Shown here piece by piece: positions 13,458-25,944 of a stretch of 64,000 bases of DNA. Origin of the DNA: the human T2T-CHM13v2.0 reference genome, Homo sapiens; assembly GCF_009914755.1 (NCBI RefSeq), contig NC_060927.1, one strand, 5' to 3'. Both the position numbers and the translations under genes were made by a program. Position 1 is the first letter of the stretch. The number at the start of each line of letters is the position of its first letter. The notes beneath the pieces were generated by a model. It saw only the letters and a list, made by a program, of their open reading frames with translations. It had not been told where the DNA came from and did no database searches.

Positions 13458-15275
13458 GTGATAGTTCTTATTAGAAGGCTAAGATGTTTCAAATGCTAAC
13501 AAATATGTAAGTAATTTCTGCTGACTTTCCTCCTTTCATCACTGGCTACAAAGTACATCCCAGAATATTAAGCTCAGATAATGCTAGTGAAACTTTGATA
13601 AAAGAATGGCTTCTGAATACAAAGCCATGCAGAACTTCATAAAAACCCTGAACAAAAAAGCATAAAAACACCCCAATTAAAGACCACTTTTGTTAATAAA
13701 TGTAAAGCTCAAATAGTCATACCTCATAATTTAGCCAAGGATAACTGAACCTATGAAATGTCAGAGTTTTATTATATTGTATTGTTTTCTTTTTATTTTT
13801 TTATTACTGATCAGATTAGTTTCTCTTCTGCCAGTGAAAAATCCAAAAGAAATCTGAATAATCAATGCAATATTCAGTTCCAAAACCTGTTTATGGAAAT
13901 CTATTAGGGCAATTCATTAATGTCCAGAAATACATTTTTCCCCACCATCTAGCTATAATGGTTTGCAGAACAAATTCTGAAGATCAAGGTTCCTGGTCAA
14001 TGAAAAGCAGTTGTCTAGAGAAAATAAGACAGGTTTCTAGACCCCGAAAAGATGAAAGACTGACAGCTTGGCATTCTGAAGATTGGTTATATCAGCCTGC
14101 AAACATCCTCTCATTATTTTAATCTCATACTCTATAAAATACTTTTGGATCCTTTGCCAGCAAGATAAAAACAAATTAAACCAAAGGGCCAGCATGCACA
14201 AAATATCTTATTCTGGAAGCACCACTGCTGACAGCTTCCGAAAAAATAAAATAAAGTGGATCCTTCAAAAAAATTTTCCAAATAGCAGACAGTATTACCA
14301 AGAAAGAGTCAAAAACTAAAAATGGCATAACAGCAAATATAGGAGTGTGGTTCTCCTCATGGCTCTTATAATTCTTTTCTCACAACATTCTTACAATTTC
14401 TATCACATTCTGTAAGTATATAGTTATTTGTCTGTTACACTGCAAGCTTTTCTAGGGTACCATGTCTTCTTCATGTATACATTCCCCTAATTGGTAAACT
14501 GGACCATGCATGTAATCAGTGGTCAAACTTTTCTTAAAATGAATGAACAGCATGTTCTCTGAATATCTGAGAAATTCCCATACTATTCAAAATTCCTGAA
14601 GGGTGAAACAAACCTTATCTCCAGCCAATCTGAAATTACTCTTTCCTATCCACATCTTTCTTTTTATTACTTTGCTTCTCCTGTTCCTTCCACCTGGAAT
14701 GCCTAAATCCTATCCATCATTCATGATCTCCCCTGCTAAAAGTAATCTTTACCAGTTCTAAAGATCCATAGCACTTTACCTAAACCTTCTTATGTTTCTT
14801 AATTATACTATAAGCAGCTAATTGTATCATATACATGACTATCTCTTCTTTTAAGGAAGGGTAGGTACACAACTATATCTGATAAAATATTTACTAGGCA
14901 GCTACCTTAAAGTCTATAGCTTCTGAGAGGCAAGGCTTCTAATTCAGGATTCCCCCACACCCTATTAATGGGATATATTCTCCTTGCATTTGAGCCACCC
15001 TCTGGGAGAACAAACAGCTCCCAGGCAGCTCTGTGACCTGCTGTGTGGACTGCAAGCACTATTCCCACAGAAGGGGTACACCTGAGGCCTCTCTGCTGGT
15101 AGGCTTTGGCTCTTGTCCTATAATCTCAAGTGAAGCTAATGCCAAGTGTGGCCAGTGACAGTCCTGTGAACCCGAATGTTTAGTTGAACCTGAAATGACC
15201 CTGTGGTAGATGTTTCAAGTACCATATTATGGGTATTAATGAATTTATACATATCAAATGTTTAAACAATATCTG

Positions 15276-15600
<325 letters not shown>

Positions 15601-15737
15601 TCAATAAATGTTAGCTATTATTTCCCATGGTCAGAAATTTGCAGAGTAGGAATATAAATTTAGTCATGGCTGATTTCAGATACTGTGCCCCTAACTCTTA
15701 CATTTTGATTCTTTTCTACATAGAATCAATTCCCTAT

Positions 15738-16170
15738 TGATATAATTTGGATATTTGTCCTCATCCAAGCCTCATGTTGAAATCTAATCCCCAGTGTTGG
15801 AGGTGGGGCATAGTAGGAGAAGACTGGATCATGGGGGCGGGTTTCTCATTAAACCCATGGGTGCTAAAGCACCATCCCCTCGGTGCTGTCATCACAACAG
15901 TGAGTTAATTCTCACAAGATCTGGTCATTTAAAAGTGTGTGTGGCACCTGCCCCAACCCCCACTCTCTCTCACTGCTCCTGCTTTGACCATGTGAGATGC
16001 CTGCTTCCTCTTCACCTTCTACTATGACTCAAAGCTTCCTGAGGCCTGCCCAGGAACCGAACAAATGCCAGCACCATACTACCTGTACAGCCTGCAGAGC
16101 CATGAGCCAATTAAACCTCTTTTCTTTATAAATTACCTAGCCTCAAGTATTTCTTTACAGCAACACAAGA
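15738..16170 (+). mobile_element. MST-family (MaLR) LTR, 3' terminus lost
   Basis: TGATATAATTTGGATATTTGTCC..CTCATGTTGAAAT..CCCCAGTGTTGGAGGTGGGGC and AATTAAACCTCTTTTCTTTATAAATTACC. Confidence 0.82.
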
Positions 16171-16849
16171 AAGTTTTTATATCAGATGTGTACTCAAAAA
16201 AGTTTTTATATCAGATGTGTACTGCAGTGCAAAATTATGTGATTTTATACATGCTCATGAATAGCACATTTATAAGGCTGATCTTTAATTTCTGTTCTCA
16301 AACCTATTAATGCCAGGTATAACTGTTATTATAATTTTGTGAAAAAAGGATGATGAACTATGAGTGCAAAGAGTTTCTCCCTTCTGGGATAACTAAGTAG
16401 AACATTCTGTAAAGACTCGGAGAAAAAAAAGCAAGTCACTAAAAAATGTTTTGCCCTTGAAGTGGGTGTGAGTGAGAAAAGTATAAAAGACTAGGGAAAG
16501 AAAACAGATCATGATATCCCATTGCTTCACTATCCTTTAGTTCCCACCCCACTTTAAAGACACCAAAACTGGAACTCAGAGTAAGCTTGACCTGGAGCTC
16601 TAATCAGTAGAAAACAAACATACAGAGACACACACACACACACACTCTAGCTCTCCTTCTCTTTTGGCCCTACATCAAAAGACTAGCATATAAATGTACC
16701 AAAATCATTTAAGTTAAAACAAAATGTTTCTCTATCTATCTATCTCCCCACCCTCCACCAATATATATATATAATTTTTATGAGTTCAATAAGATGGTTT
16801 TACCTGTGCTTACATTAAATAGTTGCAGGGAACATAAGAAATGGCTTAT

Positions 16850-17800
16850 AAAGTAGGAGAACTAATGTAAAGAGGGTAACCAATGCTAAGGGAAACAGGG
16901 TAAAGAAAGATACAGAGAAGGGACTACTTGAGCTGAGCAGACAGACAGTCCTGGGTAAAGGCACTGGAGATACAAGAACAATGTGGACAAAGGCCCAGAG
17001 GCCCAAGTAGAATGGCTTTTTGAGGGAATGTCAACAGAACAAGGGGTTCCAACAGAGAACAGCAGCAAAAGAGACCAAGGAAATAGGTAAAGTCTGGGTC
17101 CTCAAAGGCTCATAAGACAGAATATAGAAGGTAAACTTTGAGAGAAAATGGAGCAAATAAGAATCTAAGCAGCAAAATATAATAACTGGACAAGGATCTT
17201 CAAAGGTCATTGTAGCAGCGGCAGTAAGGGTGATTTGGGGATATGGAGAATGACAGACTTAAAGCAAAGAACTTCCAAAGTCCAAGCAAGAAATGAGAGA
17301 GCCTAGGACTAAGTGAGAAGAGGCAAAAATGAGAACATGAAGGCAGAATCAACAAGACTTACCCACCACGTCCTTAGCTATATGAGTCTAGTGAAGTGAA
17401 GGAATACAGAGTAACTGGTTTGTTGCTTTAGTGGCTCTGTAGATCACAAATTATTTTCCCAGTTAACTTTAAAGAAGAAAAAGCAAGACTGGCAGAAGAA
17501 GTCAATTCAGATTATTTTGAGTTTGAGGAGCCTGTAGGACAGAAAACAGAAATGCTCAATCATTAGCTGAATATGCGTAACTGGATTTGAGGAGAAACGT
17601 CTGATCTGGGTTGGAGACTGGTGACCTAATCCTTTATATTTGAAGCCGTGGGAGTGGATGTTATTAATGAGAAAGTTCAGGGAAGGGGAGCAAAGAAAAA
17701 GGTCAAGGGCAGAACCCTGAATCACACCCACTTTTCAGAAACAGTCAGGCAGGAAAACAACAAGAGGATACTAACAAGGAAAGGTCTGCAAGATGGAAAC
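16850..17800 (-). mobile_element. L2 LINE fragments
   Basis: Purine-rich, degenerate L2-like motifs (GAGTTTGAGG..CCTGTAGGACA, GGGCAGAACCCTGA). Confidence 0.55.
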
Positions 17801-17846
17801 ACATTTAGGCCAATGGGACCTCAGAAGCTGCAAGGTCAGAAGGGTT

Positions 17847-18446
17847 TGTGAACCCAAAATTATCTGAGACAGGTCTCAATTTAGAAAGTTTATTTTCCCA
17901 AGCTTAAGAATGCGCCCCCAACATAGCCTCAGGCAGTCCTGATGACATGTGCCCAAGGTGGTTGGGATACAGCTTACTCTCACACATTTTAGGGAGACAT
18001 AATACATCAATCAATACATGTAAGATTGGTTGGATCTGGAAAGGCAGACAACGAGAAGCGGGTGAGGGGTGGCTTCCAGGTCATAGGTAGATTTAAAGAT
18101 TTTCTGATTGGCAACTGGTTATTATCTAAAGACCTAAAATCAATAGAAACGAATGTCTGGGTTGCAATAAGAGGTTGTGGATACCAAATTTGATCGTGGA
18201 GATGAAGCCTCCAAGAGGTAAATTTCAGAGAGAACAGATTGTAAATGTTTCTTATCAGACTTAAGGTGTGTGTTGATGTTGATGCTGGCTGGCTTTTCCT
18301 GAATTCCAAAAGGAAGAAGGGCAAAATGAGGCATGTTGGACCCCCCTTCCCATCATGGCCTGAACCAGTTTCTCAGGTTAACCTTGGCAGAGAGGAGGGG
18401 TCCCTTCAGATGGTTTGGAGGATTGGAATTTTATTTTTGGTTTACA
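17847..18446 (-). mobile_element. MER4-group (MER4A-like, ERV1) solo LTR upstream of SETMAR
   Basis: Minus-strand start TGTAAACCAAAAATAAAATTC, TG..CA ends, near-TSD GGTT/GTTT. Confidence 0.8.
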
Positions 18447-19016
18447 GTTTCAAGGAGAAGCAGGACAATCATGTCAGAGAGCTTCAGTGAGGTTGAAAAT
18501 GCTCCACCGGATTCAGCAGTCTTGAGGCTATCAGAATCCTTTGGCAGGGCAGGGGTTTGGAGGGGTGAGGGTAGAGGGATGGAGAGGAGGGAAAAGGACA
18601 GGCAAAGGGGCACGGATACCTCCATCAGGGAGTGAGCATGCCCCCACACAAATTCCTTAAGGCACCCTGTGAGGCTATCGCCTTGGCACAAACCCTATCA
18701 CATGTCAGTCAACTTCCCGGCAAGCCGCAGACCTTTAGAAACCTTGGTGTGCGTTTCCCCGCTCGGTTTAGAACGCACCCCTGCCTCCACTCCACAAACG
18801 TGCAGTGAGCCCTCAAAAACCTGGACAAATGACCTCACCTCGAAAGCCCCCTCTCTGATGCTCCCAGGAAAAACTAAAGCACCTCACTTTGTTTCGTCCG
18901 TACCTTACATGGTTTTGTAATTATCTGTGGTGCCTCTGGCTGAAATCAAAACGGGAGCCAGACCCAAAAAGTCAAGGAAGGGAAGCGCCTTCCAGGCCAC
19001 TCCTGAGAAGAAACGA

Positions 19017-19068
19017 ACTACAATTCCCATGAGGCGGTGGGGCCACGGGACCACAAGTCCCAGCATCC
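19017..19068 (+). promoter_or_regulatory. Two tandem ZNF143/SBS-type (ACTACAnnTCCC) promoter motifs
   Basis: ACTACAATTCCCATGAGGC at 19017 and ACCACAAGTCCCAGCATCC at 19050. Confidence 0.7.
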
Positions 19069-19119
19069 ACCGCGCGGCCCAGGACTGTCAGGGTAGTGGG
19101 CGTTGCGTGAGGCGGGTAA

Positions 19120-19275
19120 ATGTTCGCGGAAGCGGCAAAGACGACACGGCCTTGTGGGATGGCGGAGTTTAAGGAGAAGCCTGAGGCCCCGACTGAGCAG
19201 CTGGATGTCGCGTGCGGCCAGGAAAACTTGCCGGTGGGCGCGTGGCCCCCGGGGGCCGCGCCGGCGCCCTTCCAG
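19120..19275 (+). CDS. SETMAR: SETMAR coding exon 1 (52 aa, MFAEAAKTTRPCGMAEF...PAPFQ)
   Basis: ATG at 19120 and an in-frame ATG at 19159 in strong Kozak context. Donor CAG|GTAGGG at 19275/19276, phase 0. Lies in a CpG island and matches the known SETMAR N-terminus. Confidence 0.96.
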
Positions 19276-19843
19276 GTAGGGGCGGGGCCAGGCGGCGCGG
19301 GAGGCGGGCGCGCGGCTCCCCCACGTGGTCTCCTCAAGCCGCCTCGCTGGGACGGCCTCCCAGTCGCGACCTTTTGTCTTCTCTTACAGCGCACCCGTTG
19401 GTGCGCGGGAATAGGTGTGCATGCCCCGGCCTGGGCCTTTTTCTGTTGACCCACGGCATCACCTTAGCAAGGGTGTTGTCCTTTTCAGTCCATTCCCTGA
19501 AGCGCAGAACCGGAGGCCTTGTGAGAACCTGGCTTTTTGTCCAGTCCTGTCCTCAGAACTCAAGGAGGCATCACGGGGGGAGTCATTTACCTCCCTGGTC
19601 TCAGGTGTCTCTCACAGGTAGGATAAGCCGTGGGGCCTATTAATGGATCGCAGCCGGTGTCGTGCATAAAAACAGCCCCTCGAGTCAGCCTTAGCTGTGG
19701 TCTCCCTCACGCTGTGGGCTCTTGGGCGAGTGTAAATTAGCTGTGGCTCAGCCTTAGAGTCTTCCAGCGTACAGTGGAACAGTACCTCTCTTCCGGAGTG
19801 CTTTGAAAATGGCAAGGAAAATACACTTTCCGGTTTGCTGTAA

Positions 19844-20194
<351 letters not shown>

Positions 20195-20494
20195 TGACTT
20201 TCTTATCCCTCCGACCTTGGCCTGAGCGTTACCCAAGGAATAAGGAATGACCAAAGATTTTGAAGTGGAAAGAGCGCTGGACGTGGAAGTTGGAGAGTAT
20301 GGTTCGGAGCTTAGACATCTTAGCTACTTCCCAGAGCCTGAGTTTCTTCATCTGCAAAATGAAAATAATAATTTAAAAATGCATAGCCCCTTTAACATCC
20401 ATTATCAACAATGAACCCTATCTGCCCTTTCTTTTTCCTAGGGGTTTTTGTGAGGATCAGATAAGATAAGAGATTCAATAGCAGCTTTCAAAGA

Positions 20495-21565
20495 TGTCAA
20501 GGAAAAGAATCAAACTCTAAAATATTTGAAGAGATTTATTCTGAGCCAAATATGAGTGACCATGGCCTGTGACACAGCCCTCAGGAGATGCTGAGAACAT
20601 GTGTCCCAGGTGGTTAGGGCACAGCCTGGTTTTATACATGTTTGGGAGAGAGGAGACGTCAATCAAATACATTTAACATGTACATGGGTTTGGTTCAGAA
20701 GGCGGGGCAACTCAAAGTGGTGGGGGGGGCTTCCAGACTATAGGTAGATTTTAATTTTTCTGGTTAACAATTTTTCTGGTTAACAATTGGTTGAGTTTGT
20801 CTGAAGACCTGGGATCAATAGAAATGTTTAGGTTAAGATAAAGGGTTTTTTTTTGAGACGGAGCTTGACTCCATCACCCAGGCTAGAGTGTGGTGGTGCG
20901 ATCAGCTCACTGCAACCTCCGCCTCCCAGGTTCAAGCGATTCTTCCACCTCAGCTTCCCGAGTAGCTGGAATTACAGGCGCCTACAACCACGCCCAGCTG
21001 ATTTTTGTATTTTTAGTAGAGACAGGGTTTTACCATGTTGCCCAGGCTGGTCTCAAACTCCTGACCTCAAGTGATCCACCCACCTGGGCCTCCCAAAGTG
21101 CTGGGATTACAGACGTGAGCCACCGCACCCGGCCATGTAGAGACCCAAGTTTTAATTGTGGGGAGGAGACTCCCAGCTGACTTCAGAGGGAGCAGGTTGT
21201 AAAATGTTTCTTATCTAACTTAAAAAGGTGCCTCGGTCTTAGTTGATTATCTCCTTGTTGTGGAAAGAAAGAAAAAGAGGGGGAAAGGGGATTCTCTATA
21301 GAATGTGGATTTTTCCCACAAGAGACAACCCTCCAGGGCAATTTCAAGATATGGCAAGGAAATATATTTGGGGTTAAAATATTTTGATTTCTTCCCTTAT
21401 TTGTTATTTGATGTTATGCCAGAGTCAGGTAGAAAGCAGACCATGCTATATAGGGTTAAAATTAAAACTCCTCTGATGAGACTTTATGGTTTGTAAGGCA
21501 TGACTCCCCAGGTGCCTTGGGTAGGAATTTGGGCAAGATAAGAAAAAATCAGAGTTTAGTCCTCA
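20495..21565 (-). mobile_element. MER4-group (MER4D/E-like) solo LTR interrupted by an Alu
   Basis: TG..CA ends with a perfect 4-bp TSD AAGA (20491-20494 / 21566-21569). Shares TATTTGAAGAGATTTATTCTGAGCCAAATATGAGTGA with the LTR at 24574. Confidence 0.82.
20846..21134 (-). mobile_element. AluS-like element nested in the LTR
   Basis: Full reverse Alu. Confidence 0.92.
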
Positions 21566-23503
21566 AAGAGTAGAATAAGATATTAATGTCAGAAATTATT
21601 ATTGTTCCCCAGACTACCTTTGGCAATTTATAGTTAATAATACAGTTAGCTGGCCCAATATTAAACAGTGGTCCCTGAAAACTTAGGACTAAGCATTGCT
21701 GAGTTCCTGGTCAAAAACACTGATTTAAAAAACCACTGTTCTAGTCCATTCTTAATTCAACAAATATTTATTGAGAGCTAAATATATGCAAGGTGGTGGG
21801 TTGGGCTGCAAAGAATACAACAAACAGAAAAACGCACTCTACCCTCAAGGTGTTTACAACTGTCACGATTAGCTTCAATATTCCTGCCGTGCGTGTGTGT
21901 GTGCGTTTGAGACTATTCTATAAATCTGTTTCCAATCTTGAGTCATATTTTTCTTTGCCATATCCAAGAACAATCTGTAAAACTATGTGCCCGACGTATT
22001 TTTTTAATTAACTCACTTTAAGCGTTAAATTATTTAAAAATAAATTATATAAGTATCTCCCTTAGAATCATTGTAATCATTAATGTCCATAAAATCATGA
22101 GGTTTTCTATTTCTCAAAGTGTATATTAAAATAAATACGTCTATTTTTAAAAGGGGAGAAAGGAGTGACAAGAGGAAGCTTTGTGATTGATTGTTACATC
22201 TACAGTTGGTGGGCATAAATGAAAATTGGGAGATTAAAACCCAGTCCCACAGTGTTCTAACTATCTCTGTATATGCACAGCTCCCAATAAAGTTAGAGTT
22301 ACAAAAATAAGACAGGATGCCTTCCTAAGAGAGCTTATTGTCTTTCTTACCAAGAAGATCAAACATGCTTGAAACATTTAAGTGACAAGCCTAAAAGTGC
22401 ATTCAACTCGTTTTCTTCCATGTATTCATGGAACACAAAACCAGTCTTATAAAAGGTCAAAACAGCTTGCTTGCTCCAAACCCTGCCTTCACAGGCATAT
22501 GCACACATAAGAATTAAGGCATGAAAAACTTTCAAGATAAAAATAACTTTGTGTCTGTTTTGCCTTTGGCTACTGTGTGAAAAGGCAAAAAGAAATTCAA
22601 ATGTTCATATTGGAAACAAGCATATCATAATGTCATCAGTGTTGAAAGCCAAGTAGAAAATAAACTAATTGATTTTATTGAGCTAACAGTTGGATCTAAC
22701 CATTTTTCAGGTCTCTGAAACCAGCTTCAAACATTATTTTTAGATCTCAACAGGCCTTGACAAGAATTATCTGGCTCACAGTCTTCTAATAGCTGCTTGG
22801 AGGAAAAACAAACTTATGAGGCTAGAGGCCAAGTACAAAGATTCTTGTAGCTGGGGTTTCAACACAACCAAAAAAGGAATGAAGATTTTCACAACACTTC
22901 TTTATAATTCAGAGGCCCAGGTTTTAAGCCTAGAATGTTACAGTATCATACTTCAGTTTCTGGGTCTTCAGTACGGAATGTGATTCAGAAAAGTCAAACT
23001 TCTCGTTAACAAGTATCAAGAGCTGCAATCTGGCAATCGAAAAATGCTTCTTGAGCACCTGCTGTGTGCCTTGTCCTATGGATAGGAACCCCACCCCCAT
23101 CACCATGCCACACTCGAAACCTCATAACCATGCTTTTCCCTGAGACACGTATCTGTTAGAAAGGTAAGACCTACACATTTAACACAATTAGAGAGCCCTA
23201 CAATCTGTGTCATTTAGACCCTGAAGTTCATGCTATTAACAGTAAATGTAAGTCTAGTTCAGAGAAGAAAGAAATTGTTGCAGACAGGAATAGCCAAGAC
23301 AAGAGTGTATTTTCTCTTAAGTTTTCTGTCAAAAAACTTGAAATCTTCACCCAGTGCTTCAAGGATCTGATTTCCAGTATATCATTTTGCCGTGATTGTT
23401 TTGCATTTATTCCTAGCTCTTGCATGAGTAATTCTGTGCTTTGATACATACGAAGAAAAAGTAAAACTTACATTGTAACAATGCAGGAAATTTAAAAAAT
23501 CCC

Positions 23504-23788
<285 letters not shown>

Positions 23789-24573
23789 CCCATTCTCCGT
23801 GTCCTTTATACTTTTCTGACTGTTTCTAAATCCCAGTATGTGCATATTGCAGACAGTAAGGTAATACTTGATAACTGAAAGAAGTCTAGTCTGGATCAGC
23901 TCTTAGCTTTTCTCCACTCAAATGGAGAAGTAATGGAGGAAAGGTATACAGTCCGATGGCTTCCTAGACACAATTTTGGTTTGAATATGTTTGAACCTGG
24001 AAAGTTTAACTCCAGAACTTATTTTCTTCACTACCCTACTATGCACTACCTGCAAAATTTTTATTGAACACGTACATGCTAATCCCTAGAGTAAGCTTTT
24101 TAAGCCAGTTCTGTCATGTTTTCTTTCACAGAAACCTATGAAATAAATAAGATGTTTAGTAATGTAAAGTAATTTGCCAGAAACATATGTTGTTTTAAAT
24201 ATAACATCTAAAAGTAATATCTAGAAGAATTGAAAGAAGCCAATATTTTTATAAAGTGCCTGACATGGAGTACAGCATTATTTCATTAAAATTTCATGAT
24301 AGCCACCCCAAATGTGGGTATTATCCTTGTCTTATAGCTACTAATCTGAAGCCTAGCCAGTCACTTGTCCAGAATCACAATGCTAATAAGAGCCTGGCTG
24401 TGGTTTGTGTCTCCTTTAGAGCATTCCATGTTCTGCACTAGGAAGCTCTCCACTGCTTCCTCACAGTTCAAGACCATAGTCACAGAGTTTTCCTGCCTGG
24501 TCTGCACACTTTGCTCTAGTCTAACCTCCTAATTGAAGACATCTTTGTTCATTGACCATTTACGCCTTTGACT

Positions 24574-25158
24574 TGTCTATGAAAAGAGTCAAACTCTGCA
24601 AAATATTTGAAGAGATTTATTCTGAGCCAAATATGAGTGAGCATGGACCATGACACAGCCATCAGGAGATCCTGAGAACATGTATCCGAAGTGGTTGGGA
24701 TATGGCTTAGTTTTATACATTTTAGGGAGACATGAGACAACAGTCAAATACATGTAAAACGTACATTGGTTCAGTCCAGAAAGACAGGACAGTTGGAAGC
24801 AGAGGCTTCCAGTTTCTGATTAACAGTTTGCTTGAAGGAATTGTTATTGTCTAAAAACTTAGGAATGCCTTGGGTAAGATAAAGGGTTGTGGAGACCAGG
24901 GGTTTATTATCATGCAGGTGAAGCCTCCAGGTAGCAGGCTTCAGAGAGAATAGATTGTAAATGTTTTTTATCAGACTTAAAGAGTCTGTTCTATCAGTAA
25001 TTCCAAAAGGGAAGAGGGTATAATGAGGCATGTCTGACCCCTGCCCCCTTCCCATCATGACCTGAACTAGTTTTTCAGGTTAGCTTTGGAATGCCCTTGC
25101 TGAGAGGAGGGGTCCCTTCAGATGATCAGGGGATTTAGAATTTTATTTTTGGTTAACA
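24574..25158 (-). mobile_element. MER4-group (MER4A/B-like) solo LTR
   Basis: TG..CA ends, near-TSD GACT/GAGT, strong similarity to the LTR at 17847-18446. Confidence 0.82.
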
Positions 25159-25606
25159 GAGTACATTTTCTAGCCATTTCCTGAAACCATTCTCAGCTTC
25201 TACCCAGGGTGTATCAGTCAGGACTCATTTGTTTGCAAGAAACATAACACAAACTGGCTCCAACAAAAAAGGGAAGGAATTGCCTCAAATCAGAAAAGTC
25301 CAAGTGGTAACTATAGGCATGTCTGGACCCAGTAATTCTAAAAGTATTGTCAGATACTTCTTCCCACCACCTTCCCCCTTCACACCCCTGCTTCCCATTT
25401 CTGTGGTAGGCTACACACTCAGTAGGCCTCATCTACGTGGCAGAACTTGGAAATGCCAGGCAAACACTACAGTTGAATAATTCTAGTAGAAAGAGAATGC
25501 TTCTTCCCTAATTGTTTCAGCAGAAGTCTGGCTTAGGTCATATCAGCTGACTCCCAGTTTGTAACCCACTTTACATTAGCTTTCAGATACAATTATACTT
25601 CAGATA

Positions 25607-25944
25607 CAGTTATTATTTAACTATGGGGAAACAGTCTGAGAAATGCATCATTAGACAATTTCGTCATTATGCAAAAGTCATAGAGTGCACAGTACTTACA
25701 GAAACCTAGATGGTATAGCCTACTACACACTTAGGCAATATGATAATGCCCTATCACTCCTAGGCTACAAACCTGCACAGAATGTTGCTACACTGAATAC
25801 TGTAGATACTTGTAACGCAGTGGTGTTTGTGTATCTAAACATAGAAAACATACAGCAAAAATACTGTATTCTAATCTTACAGGACTACCATTGTATATGC
25901 ATATATGTGGTCTGACCAAAAAGTCATTATGCAGCACATGACTA
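25607..25944. mobile_element. Tigger3/MER7-like non-autonomous TcMar-Tigger DNA transposon
   Basis: TA|CAGT start; CTGAGAAATGCATCATTAG..AACCTAGATGGTATAGCCTACTACACAC; end GTCATTATGCAGCACATGACT. Confidence 0.72.

Larger units (their letters stand above)
18700..19720 (+). promoter_or_regulatory. SETMAR: CpG island / SETMAR promoter and first exon
   Basis: Abrupt GC- and CpG-rich segment in otherwise AT-rich, CpG-poor DNA, surrounding the first coding exon. GC boxes (GGGGCGGGGC) present. Confidence 0.88.

Noticed and set aside
18927-19643. Several 80-160-aa ORFs on both strands in the CpG island, including a possible overlapping uORF from ATG 19029 to 19172
   Set aside because: GC-rich DNA lacks stops by chance. 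ATG 19029 lies in the promoter motif and is probably upstream of the TSS; no support from sequence alone.
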